Assembly (NCBI GenBank): GCA_032718475.1
Contig: JAUCBJ010001698.1
Coordinates: 1 to 64,000, forward strand
Direction: 5' to 3'
Source of the DNA: Nemertoderma westbladi
Lineage: Eukaryota > Animalia > Xenacoelomorpha
Length of the DNA stretch: 64,000 nt
Position numbers and translations under genes: made by a program. Below are positions 48,883 through 60,461 of the stretch, piece by piece; the first letter of the stretch is position 1, and every line of letters starts with the position of its first letter. Under the pieces are notes generated by a model. That model had not been told where the DNA came from and searched no databases. It was given only the letters and a program-made list of their open reading frames with translations.

Positions 48883-49793
48883 AAGGGAGGGCAAGGGTGG
48901 ACGGAAGACTCGTGAGCCTTTCTTATGATTTGTGATTTATTTGAATTTATATTTATATTTGTGTTTATTCCGAACTTAAGCAATTTGTATTGTTCCGAAT
49001 TTATGAAATTTAGAAAGTTTATATTTAGAAGGAACTTATATTTGAAAGATTTATGTTTCATATTTGAGATGCAAAGGAGTTTATATTATTCTAAACTTAT
49101 GCAGTTTATATTTATATTTAGTAAGACTTATATTTGTAAGAATTTATATTTGTGATTATTCCGAACTTATGCAATTTATATTATTCCGAACTTATGCAAT
49201 TTATATTGTTCCGAATATTATGCAATTTATATTTTATAAGCAGTATTTGTATTTACAGTGAAATAGAAAGTAAGAGTAGATGGAAGACTCGTGGGCCTTT
49301 CTTATAGTTTCATTTGTAAAGTGTTATATTTTGTATTTAGAAAGTTTTATAGTCAGAAAGTTTTGTGCTTAGAAAGACTCATATTTGTAATTATTCCGAA
49401 CTTATGCAATCTACATTTAGGCACGAAAGTGTTTGTAATTATTTGAATTTATGCAATATTTGAGATGCAATAGTAGATGGAAGACTCGCGAGCCTTTCTT
49501 ATTGTTTTCATTTATTTGTATTTGTAATTGTTTGAATTTATGCAATATTGAGATGCAATAGATTTATATTGGTGAATTTAATTTAGATTTATATTGTACT
49601 TACTTAGTAAAGCCTTAAATACGTAAAGTTTGAATTTGTAATTATTTTTGTATCGAATCATTACGTAGAAAGGAAGTATTGTTTGAAATTTAATTGTAAA
49701 TATGTAAGTACGCCCTAAGTATTCTATAGTTTGATTGATTATTGGTGAAAACCGTATATTTATGCACGATAATATCCTGTTTTCATGGAGCGG

Positions 49794-51734
49794 TATAGAA
49801 TTATATTCTCTAAATGCCGTGGATTTTCAAAATTTTATTTTATTCGAATTAACTTTGTAAAAGATTGCTTTGAATCCTCATTTGTATTTGTTATATCTAT
49901 TGTACGCCTATCGGTCAAGTGGTTCAGTAGCTCAGTCGGTAGAGCGTTGGAAATTATATGTGTAGTAGGTATTGAGTTCGAATCCTAGTAAGTGCGAATT
50001 ATTTTTTGTGCAGAATTTCAACTCATTTAAATTAACCGCTACAAATTAATTGCATTTGTCTGTACCAATGAGACTGTAGTTATTTGATTGTAACCAATGT
50101 CGTGCAAGTTATATATTAGCTGGACCAATAGCTATCTTTAAAACCCTGTTAGAACCTATAGAACAATCGAGAATTTTCTCGATTGATTGCAGCACAAATT
50201 TGCTATATAAAGGTGCGATTTGTTCATTAGTTATTCAATCTTCAATCTTATACATCTCAGTATTTACATTCATTATCTCAGTGCATTCTATCTATATCTT
50301 TCTGATCTTATTAGTTATTATCTTATCTGTTTGATTTTGTAATAAAAGTTAGAAATACTTGTCAATCTCAGCCCTTTTCTATCTGTTTTACCATGATTCA
50401 CTACGGTGAACAAACCTAAGGGACAGGATGGCCGGCTAGAGATCGGGCCGCAGCAATGAACGGGAACATCGGGGGAATGTAGACGAGAGACAACCCGCAA
50501 TACCATCTTGAGTTATTCGCCCATCGCCTGAAAGGTTAGACAGCGTTCGACGCCTTGCTACCTAAGTATAAGACCAAAAGATCATAAGGTAGAAGTAGTG
50601 GCACGCTGTGAGCCTAAAATTACATCTTAGGGACTGTACTGTCTTGATTCAGGAAAAAACCACAGTAGACCTTCATATTCCTACGGGGGGGGAGAGCGCA
50701 GGCAGATACTAGTACGCAGATAGGACGTAGGCACACCGGTACGAAGCATACAAATTGGTAGGGTGCAGCAAACTGTACGCCTAACTCTTGCTAAGTACAG
50801 GTGTGTGTGCGACTATTTGTAGTACGACAGTGTCCATTGCATTAGAACTTGTAGGCTAGGGGGGTTGCTGTGTTTTCACCTGAATTGGGATTGTACCGTT
50901 CAGGCGGTAGGGCAGTTTACAGCTAGGCGCAAATAAATTGAGGCTATTAGGGATACTAACATCTACCGTGTCCCCGCCAACGCCCAAATAGGAAGTTACC
51001 CGGACTACCTGGGTGACTAAAATTCTAGATAGGAGCCAGGATAGCTATTAGTAACTGTACGCCTACAGTAGTAAACTAACACATCTCTTCTTAGTATCAG
51101 GGACCTGGTACCTAAAATTGCCGAATTCTGGGCGTAGCATTAACCTTATGCCTGAATTTGAGTCCTGGAAATACGCAAGAGGGGAAGGAACCTTATCATT
51201 CGTGAGTATTGGACCTACAAGTTACAAAATTAGAATATTCGTAAAATGCACACCGTACCCAGTAATTATATATGTGAAGGAGCAAAACTGTCTTTGACCG
51301 TTCAGAATTAACACACGCGCGTTAGAAATTATTTACACCTCAAAATATATAAAATTAACTTTCGTCCGTACTGTGCTTTGCCCGCTAGTTAGACATCTCC
51401 AAATCTCTGCCTGTGTACCTAGCTAGCGTCCTTTCGCCCAACCATATAAATCACACCGCGGCAAAGTGTACGAGCCTCTTAGTCCGTCAGTGAGTCAGCC
51501 TGATTTTAGGATTCGCTGCGCGGGATTTTGTTTCACCGAAGTTTGTCTGCTCGTAGACTGTTTTCTGCCTCACCGGTTATAAGAGATCAATACTGCAATA
51601 TATTCGCTTACTTAGTTTACTGTTTTGGTGAGAAGGTCGGATTTATGATTTGATTCACAAACTTTACAGTAGGATATTGCAGGTATTGTTACCGTCTCTT
51701 CCATATAGTAGGAATAGGCGTATCTCTTCCAATA
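49794..51734 (+). repeat. Element 2 3' LTR (1941 bp)
   Basis: Preceded by purine tract ATGGAGCGG and followed by TSD ATGTT. Confidence 0.95.
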
Positions 51735-52122
51735 ATGTTTGATTATCAAATTTGTGCTACTTGTAGTTTTCGTGCCGCGCATTGGCATTTATACAAAAAT
51801 GCCCCAATCAACAAGGTACGATTTATTTCAGTGTCATATTCGTGATCAGCATCTAAGTAATATATGGTCATGAAATCAATTTGATTTTGTGGAGATTTTT
51901 CGCTATCATATTTGCACTACTTGTTTTTTTCGTGCCCCCCAGAGGGCACATTCAAAATTACCAAAAATTTTCTCGTATTTGAGTTCTATAATCGTGATCA
52001 GTGTGCCAGATCTTCTTTCTCATTTTTTTGTAGCTAGTTTTAGTCGCTTCCATTTACTTTCTAGAATATCAGATATTATATATTATATTATACATTGAAC
52101 AAATGACAATATATCCAGACCT

Positions 52123-52641
52123 ACACGTGTAGCCACACCCCCACCTACGCGTACACCTTCATATACACGTGTAGGCCAGACCCCCACCTACGCGTACACC
52201 TTCACATACACGTGTAGGCCACACCCCCACCTACGCGTACACCTTCACATACACGTGTAGGCCACACCCCCACCTACGCGTACACCTTCACATACACGTG
52301 TAGGCCACACCCCCACCTACGCGTACACCTTCACATACACGTGTAGGCCACACCCCCACCTACGCGTACACCTTCACATACACGTGTAGGCCACACCCCC
52401 ACCTACGCGTACACCTTCACATACACGTGTAGGCCACACCCCCACCTACACGTACACCTTCACATACACGTGTAGGCCAGACCCCCACCTACGCGTACAC
52501 CTTCACATACACGTGTAGGCCACACCCCCACCTACGCGTACACCTTCACATACACGTGTAGGCCAGACCCCCACCTACGCGTACACCTTCACATACACGT
52601 GTAGGCCACACCCCCACCTACGCGTATACCTTCACATACAC
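52123..52641. repeat. 43-bp minisatellite, ~12 copies
   Basis: Unit ACACGTGTAGGCCACACCCCCACCTACGCGTACACCTTCACAT, head to tail with no spacers. Confidence 0.95.
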
Positions 52642-52707
52642 AATACTAATACACATACGTTATGTGAACATACCTTTAGTCTGACAATTATTTCTATTTT
52701 ATTTTAG

Positions 52708-52845
52708 GTACGATTGGGAAACATGGGTACTGAAGAAAGTGAGATTTACCACTGGGCTAAAATTGTCAACTTTGCAGGTCAGCCAATCACAGAATGGCAC
52801 GCCCTGATGGAACCAGAAACTGATTTCCATTTACAAGAGTTATAG
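52708..52845 (+). CDS. Synaptotagmin-family last coding exon (VRLGNMG...HWAKIVNFAGQPITEWHALMEPETDFHLQEL*)
   Basis: ttttag|GTA acceptor; HW...PI.EWH.L is the synaptotagmin C2B C-terminal signature. Confidence 0.92.
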   Translation, partial: VRLGNMGTEESEIYHWAKIVNFAGQPITEWHALMEPETDFHLQEL

Positions 52846-52990
52846 TAGTTTGAAGTCGATACCTATTATTGCTTCAACAGATCAAATCAAATCTAATTAT
52901 ACCAAATCCTAATCTACGCAATTATATCATATAAGATGTAACAAAAGCTGTGTTACAATTGCATATTCTCTAATATATAACATAATTTAC

Positions 52991-55371
52991 TAGGGGTGTG
53001 CCGGATATCCGGCCGGCGGGCCGGAATTCCGGCCGGATTTTGAGAAAAAAATCTGGTTCCGGCTCCGGCCGGATTTCAATTCTTTGGCCGGATTTCAATT
53101 TCAACGAATTGTTGACAAAATGAACAATTAATGTAAATTTAACAAAAAAACATCAAAATAAATTTTCTTTTAAACAAAATTTTATAACCAAATTTTAACA
53201 AATAAACAAATTTTTATTTAAACATAAGCAACTACAATCCAATACAAAACAATTATTTTCATAGTTTGTATCATATTCATTCATATCATAAATATGATAA
53301 AGACTAAAGCAGAGTTATCATTTTATGATCATCTACATGCTGAGCTGACTGACTACTTTTTACCAAGAATATTTGTATTTGGTTGGACTCAGCCCCACTA
53401 ACACTTAATATATAATAAATAGTACATGTAGGCCTATGCCCATATACTAATCATAACTACTCAATAATTATTATATTGTCCCAGCGCACAAGCTTTGATG
53501 TTTGGTCTAGCTAGGGCTAGGTAGGTTTGTTATAAATTGAGATTAAGCTTACCGCCGTGAATGACCTGTTTATATATTCGACAGGCAATTTAGAAACTCT
53601 TAGTAAATCCAATTTAACTTAGAAAATATAAAAAAAACTACAGCTACTGTATTACTTCGTTCTATTTTTCAATTTGCCATTTATTTATCAAATCAATCCA
53701 TTATATCAAATCTGCGTAGGTTATGGTACAAAAACATTAGTTTCTCTCCACGATCCGGAAGTAGACGAGAGCGTTCTCATCAAATACATTACCAGCCTCT
53801 ACAAACATTCCCTCGGAATAAATTGAAGACGCTGGTGATACTAAATATACACGTTCGTGGGGCCTTCGCGCAACACGAGGCCCAGTTATGAGATACAAAT
53901 TAATATCGAGCGACTGTATCACAAAATCAGTATTTAACTTTATAAATTAGTAAAATTTAGAAATTTAACCACACCGCCAATCAATCAAAAAAAGAGGGAC
54001 AGTACGTGTTCAGCCCTTTAAATCTGCACCCCCACCCCACCCCACCCCACCCCACCCCCCCCCCCCCCCCACCCTTCCCACCCACCAATACATAACCGCG
54101 ACATCTACCACCCACGGAAGGTAGCACGAACTTATTTCCAATCGCACGTTCAATATGCGAAGCCAGGTGGTTTATAGGAATATAATCTACGCAGTACTAA
54201 ATACAGTCGATGCAGTAATGAATGATATTCAAATAATTTATTTAATATACTGTTAATGCCTCTGAAAACTTAGACAATTAAAATACACAGAAATCCCATC
54301 AAAAAATAATAAGCATAATATTTTGAGAAATAAACAATTTTGGATATAAGCCTTCTGCAGTGGTAATCTTATTGACTGACAATCATTAAATGAGATCTGT
54401 CTATTACCTGAGACTAAAGAACACAGACTCTATAGTGTAATAGGAGGTAGGGAATGCAGGTTTCAATCTCGTTAGGTCTAGCTGGCAGCCGTGTGGCTAG
54501 TTACATACAACCCCCCTCCACTGGCATTCCCAGCAACTGGCTCCCTTACACACACATCCCCCATCTATGTACCAGCCAACTTGCAAGTTGGCCAATAAAT
54601 GATCAGTATTTAATGAGAATCCATTTTTTATGCCGTTTTAATTACTTTAGATCAATTAAAGACACAATTATTAAAGCAAATCACTTGAACTAATTAAAAA
54701 CTATAATAGAATGGCGTATGTGGATTACATCTGTATAATTTTTAATTATAATTATTTAAATCTTATACTGTAAAACAATTAATTTCCTTTAAAAGGCAGG
54801 TTGAAAATGGTGTTTTCACCGTAATCAACTTAATTAACTAATTAACTGCTATTATCTTAGCTTCTCGAAGGCCACACGGAAATTCTACTTGGAAAATTTC
54901 TAAACTTTTGCCAAACAACATGTGTACCAAGTTTGGATAGATTTCATCAAAGATTGGCTGAGTTATTAACGTTTAAAATTGAACACGACAGAACGACAGA
55001 ACGACAGAACGACAGAACGACAGGTTGATTAATGGTACCACTACGCTAAGGCTCACTCACTTCGTGGCTCGCCCCACATGTACAAGTATTTGGAAATTAG
55101 GAAACGCTCTTCTCATGCCGTTTACTGTAGTTGGGATAATTGACATACTTATCTACTTCTGAATTTATACTGTAATATTAATAAAGTCAAATTCCTTATC
55201 ATGACCTTGCTGATCATGATCCAGCACGTTATCTATCGACGCAGTCTGATTCAAGGAAAAAAGTGGTGGTATATAAAAAATCCGGCTTTGGCCGGAATTC
55301 CGGCCGGATTTATTTTAGAAATCCGGCTCCGGCCTGGCCAGTTTGAAAATAGTCAATCCGGCACATCCCTA
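52991..55371 (-). mobile_element. Non-autonomous hAT transposon
   Basis: TIRs TAGGGGTGTGCCGGAT / ATCCGGCACATCCCTA; 8-bp TSD TAATTTAC; CCGG sub-terminal repeats; dimerisation-domain relic YLVSPASSIYSEGMFVEAG at ~53770-53850. Confidence 0.9.
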
Positions 55372-56297
55372 TAATTTACCATTCATAAGATGAAGCGATT
55401 CGTTTTCTCAAAATCCTAAGGAAAATACTAAAAATAGCTAATAATTGTTATTCCATAACTGTACAAATAAACGCCCGTGCAGCATATTATTATTATATAG
55501 TATTGCATGTTATTAAAGAGTACCTTGCAATATATTATTTAAATGATAAACTAATGTTTAAATATTGTGCTAAACATTAGCTGGTTATTACAGAGTATTT
55601 ATATTTGTAACTACTAATGGCTGATATAAGCTAAAAGGCATTAGGTACTACTTAATTTGGGATTATCGCCTATTTTATACAATATAATTAAAGCAATTTT
55701 CAAATGTTCATTGGGGATTTTGTGAGAAAAATTCGTGTTCAAGACCGGATCTACAGAATGTGTTATACGTATTATAACTAGATTGTCCAGTTGAAACCCG
55801 AATATATACGAATATGTACGAATATAAACGAATGTACTGTATTTCAATTATTTGTTAATAGGGCAGGAACCCTAACAACTCACTCAGAGGTTAACATTTT
55901 AATGGAATACTACCATTAACAGTCGTACAGTACAATGCAATGGTTATTGACTTGACATATTAAACAAAATAACAAGAGTTAATATTTTGTAACTTATTTA
56001 TTATAATTATTGTTCATGAAAATCATAAATTTTTTTTTCAGGGGGTGGGGGCGTGGGGTAGGGTTAGAGATCAACATTTTTTGACCTGCACATTATTCCA
56101 AAAAGCAAATAAGTAAAAATAATGTCCTTTATTTGAAACAGTGTGCAGTCCAACATTATGATTGGACTATATGGAATTCACAATTTTTTGAATAAATATA
56201 TTTTGTGACGACCTAGCAACCAGAGCATGATTTCATTTAGTTAATTAAAATGCTACTTCTTCATTATGATTAATTAAATTTATAACCTGTTGTTTAA

Positions 56298-57730
56298 CCC
56301 TATTACCACTGGGGGGGGGGGGGGGGGGGGCGAATCGGCCCCTTCCTAGTTTATAGTTGCTGTAACTATGCAACCACATTTCGTACAGGCCCAATTTTTA
56401 TTGAGCATTAGCCAAATTTAATGCCGCATTTTTTGCAAAAAACGACGTTGCAATTGGATTTCTACTTTTCGATGTGGGTGCCACCTCAAAATTTGGTCTC
56501 CAGCAGCAAATTTTTTGAAATTTTCGAATTTTACAAATTCATTCGTGATTTAGTAATTATTTATGTTTGGGCTATTTTTATTTATTTTTATTGGTTTGGA
56601 TCACTCTAATGCTCTATATAACTATATAAGTGTAGGGGTACGTCATTTTTGGAGCACCAAAATTAGGGCGTGGCACTTTAAAATTTCAAAATTACTTTAT
56701 TCGGAAAATTTACTAAAGTTTTGATTTCGAAGCATTTTTATTGGTTTTCTGGAGCGCTGAATTGATTGAAAGTAATATAGAAGCCTGAAGACGTAGGGGT
56801 TCGCCATTTTTGGAGTCCCAAAATTAGGGCGTGGCACTTCAAATTTTGAAAAATGCGAGATTCGGAAAATACACTAAAGTTTTGATTTTAAATTATTTTT
56901 ATAGGTATTCTGTAGCGCTGAATCGATTGAAAGTAATATAGATGCCTCATATCCTTGGTATACGTAATTTTCGGTGCACCAAAATTAGGGCGTGGCACTT
57001 CAAATTTTCAAAATTACTTTATTCGGAAAAAACACTAAAGTTTTGATTACAAAAAATGGCTAACCTCTAAGTCTTCAGGCTCCTATATTACTTTCAATCG
57101 ATTCAGCGGTCTAGAAAACCTATATAAATGCGTTAAAATTTCAATTTTGGTTTATTTTCCGAATCTCGTATTTTTCAAAATTTCAAGTGCCACGCCCTAA
57201 TTTTGGTGCACCAAAAATGGCGAACCACTAAGTCTTCAGGCTTCTATATTACTTTCAATCGATTCAGCGGCCCAGAAAACCTATAAAGATGCGTTGAAAT
57301 AAAAAAATTAGGGGCATTTTCTGAACATCTAATTTTTCAAAATTTTAAGTGCCACGCCCACTTCTTAGGTGCACGAAAAATAGCATCCACTTCAATTTTT
57401 GGAAATGGAATATAATCACATTCGATTCAGCGTCTTGAAAAACCTACTAAATCTAGCCAACACTGCCACACTATTAGTTTTTAGAAAACGAAAAATTTTG
57501 TAATTTTGTCCTGGACTACTTTTATTTTTCATCAAAATTATGAGTCACTGCTTATGAAATTTTAACTTTTTAAGGTTTGGTAGTGTTCATCTATAGTTGT
57601 TTCACCAACAGCCCAAATTTTGTAGGATTTCATTGGACGATTACAAAAATATAGTGGGTGGGCCGAATCGCCCCCCCCCCCCCCCCCCCCCAGTGGTGCT
57701 AATGGTCAAAACACCCCAGTGGTAATAGGG
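56298..57730. mobile_element. piggyBac-type MITE with inverted arrays of ~170-bp subrepeats
   Basis: TTAA-CCCTATTACCACTGGGG...CCCCAGTGGTAATAGGG-TTAA. AAAATTAGGGCGTGGCACTT occurs three times forward, then as reverse complements. Confidence 0.9.
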
Positions 57731-59648
57731 TTAACAATCAGAAAATCAGCTTGGTCGATTATGTGAAAACGTCTGCTGGGATATACTGTAGCTACCAATA
57801 AGATACCCGTATTTTCGCTATGGTGGTTTTCCTGGTCGTTGAATGCATTTCCGATGTCAGATGTTACATTTTTTATGGTTTCCAAACTGTCTGTTTGCCT
57901 GGCCTGGTGTCGGTTATATTTTGACGGACAGACCGACGGGCAAATGACACGAATAAGTCAAATTTGAAAACTGATAACCTGAAAATATGATAACCGATCA
58001 TAACCAGATGTTGTACTTTCTATTATTTGGACCGACATACCAAAGGAATATTATAAATTTTAATAACAAGTTTTTGCACTGATAATAAAGTGTATGCAAA
58101 TTCGGTTACATAATATGGCCTGCTATAATGCCGATGTCCACGACTTTTCTATGTAACGCCAAGCCAACAGTGTCAATTTATTCGAAAACTACAATATCTG
58201 TTTGATATACTGCTGTAATTTCGTGTCTAAAGAATAACCCAAACTCGTATGGTAGCAGAGTAAATCGAAAAAGCCGGGTTTGTAAAGAACAATGGTCCAC
58301 CGTTGTAATGCTATAAAAATGATTGGAACTATTTTATAAGAGCAGATCGCTTGGTTTCGTATCATCTGAATCGTTGGTAAATTCGCTATTGGAATATTAA
58401 CTTTATAATATAATACTTTGTCAGCCGCAGCAGTTTATTTAAAAAGTAACCACACAATTGTGTCCACCTTGCAGTAATGCGTCCACCATTACTGAATGGC
58501 ATTACAGCATGTGGACTGTTCCCGATGTAGCCTACATATTATAGAGAAAGTTTGCATTATCGCACAGTACACAGTATAGTCCCCTTAAACAATAATTATC
58601 TTGCTAGCACAGATAGAGATGGTATCCCGGTAGAGAGGGATTGAGAAGCTGTTCAGGTAACCAATAGCCTATAGAGCACCTTTCCTGCAGGGTGAAGCCC
58701 GGCCTTAATAACCGCATCATCCAATCTGCAGCTCAGGGCCAAACTTCACCCTATAGCGAGGTGCCCATTGGCTGACAACTCTATGTACCTGCAACATTAT
58801 TAGCTACACGGGCCCACTGATTGTTAATAGGATGCTAAGAACATTTACCCCCCTCACTTTCTAGTTCAACAATAATTACAGAATTTCCGATGACGGTAAC
58901 TGTAAACTGTCATCTTTAATAATAGGCCCTAGCGCAATTTAATAGAGTTTCACGGTACACGGTAAAACGCAATATTCATCTATGTGAAGTATTTGCTGTC
59001 AATCTGACGTGAAATTGACGGCAAGAACTTATCTGTGAAAATTAACGGCAAAATTCAATCTGTCGTGAATTTTCACGATAAATTCCTATTGGCTATTTTT
59101 CATATTGCTTTGTGGTGGACTTAATAGTCACTATTATAGAGCTATTTACCTCCCGAACTGACTGCTGAAGCTGGTTAGTACAGTACAACAAGCACAGTGG
59201 CACATACCAAAAGCCCGGGGATATGTAATATATGTATGATATGTAATGTATGTAACATATTGTGATATGTATTGTTCTGTTCTGGCTTTATGGTCACGAT
59301 ATCTCAGTCTCTTACAATACAACATACAGTATTTCACAGTTTCAGCGGTTAAAACAAATTAGTGAACTTCTTAACTCTAGATATTAATCACCTTATTTTC
59401 AGTGTAGGCCTACAATATAAAGTAAATAATTTTTTTACACCAGGTAAAACATGTTTGTATGAAATACATTGTGTATTTTAATTATATTTTTAATTTCAAT
59501 GTCATAATTAATATTTTTTCACGAACTACATTTAAACCTCCGAATATTTCTTATATATTTGTCTCTGTTAGACTACCTACGACTACAGACAATACAGTGT
59601 ACGATAACACAACACAACGCGGTAAAGCGGCGTTGCGAGATGCCGTTG

Positions 59649-60140
59649 TCATTGGGAGCCCGCAGTTAGAACTTGGTCGAGCTGCATATCGGCGTCGTGT
59701 GTCGGTAGATCAACCACGAGCTGTTCGTTGAATGCCAAGGCGAGCGTGTAGGGCGGATTATCCGGGAAGAGTTGCCGAGATTGGAGGATGTACCTATCGT
59801 AGAAACCTCGACCGCGACCCAATCGCTTCCCGCCCGCGGTGAAGGCGAGTCCCGGGACCAGGATCAAATCCAAACCGCCGGTCACCAGGGCCTCCTCCCG
59901 AGATGGGTCGTCGTCCGCCGGCTGTTTAATGTTCCATCGGGTGGTCGGGAGAGCCAGATAGTCCTCCATCGAGTGGACTCGGAGCATGTCCATCGCGTCG
60001 CCGACATACCGCGGTACGAAGCATTGTTTACCGGAATCCAAAGCGTCGGCTAGAAGAGGGATAGTGTCCACCTCCGAGTTTGGCATAGAAAGATATATAG
60101 AAATACGGTGACATTTCTTGTAAACGTCGTGAGAAATTAC
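59649..60140 (-). CDS. MTHFS: 5-formyltetrahydrofolate cyclo-ligase, exon 2
   Basis: ISIYLSMPNSEVDT, CFVPRY, WNIKQP, LDLILVPGLAF...RLGRGRGFYDRY, LP...D..LD.V; AG acceptor at 60142-60141. Confidence 0.95.
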   Translation of the reverse strand, partial: VISHDVYKKCHRISIYLSMPNSEVDTIPLLADALDSGKQCFVPRYVGDAMDMLRVHSMEDYLALPTTRWNIKQPADDDPSREEALVTGGLDLILVPGLAFTAGGKRLGRGRGFYDRYILQSRQLFPDNPPYTLALAFNEQLVVDLPTHDADMQLDQVLTAGSQ

Positions 60141-60356
60141 CTACAAAAATAATACAAAAAATAAAGTTTCCTTACTGCCTGACCTAATGGTACCCCTACC
60201 TACTGTATTACATAGCAGTAATACTGTTGTACTGCTGTCTGTGCTTGAGTGAACCGGAACCAACTTATACCGGTACCGGTATCCGATCCGAACATTGACT
60301 CAGACTGACCAACCTGTCTGCCGGTACAGTTAGATGAAGAAATCTACCCAACTAAC

Positions 60357-60461
60357 TTTTTTGTAAATAACACCCGATTGTCGAACTTTGTCTTTAATGT
60401 CTAACGATGATATTTTTTTCTTGATTTCTTTTCTCAAAGCGACTTTTAAATTTGCCGCCAT
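60357..60461 (-). CDS. MTHFS: 5-formyltetrahydrofolate cyclo-ligase, exon 1 (MAANLKVALRKEIKKKI...YKK)
   Basis: K..LRK.I N-terminal motif; 35 codons then a GTTAGT donor; phase 0 join to exon 2. Confidence 0.9.

Larger units (their letters stand above)
32947..51734 (+). mobile_element. BEL/Pao LTR retrotransposon, element 2 (18.8 kb, young, intact gag-pol)
   Basis: LTRs 32947-34890 and 49794-51734; TSD ATGTT (32942-32946, 51735-51739); about 4 substitutions plus a poly-G length difference between the LTRs. Confidence 0.97.

Noticed and set aside
52123-52641. CRISPR-like regular repeat
   Set aside because: The 43-bp units are contiguous with no unique spacers and no cas genes; it is a eukaryotic intronic minisatellite.
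54800-55075. Possible Helentron/DINE-like insert with (GAACGACA)n inside the hAT element
   Set aside because: Boundaries and termini could not be established from this window.
59649-60060. GC-rich MTHFS exon as a horizontal transfer
   Set aside because: The protein looks like ordinary animal MTHFS with a spliceosomal intron; composition alone is not evidence.
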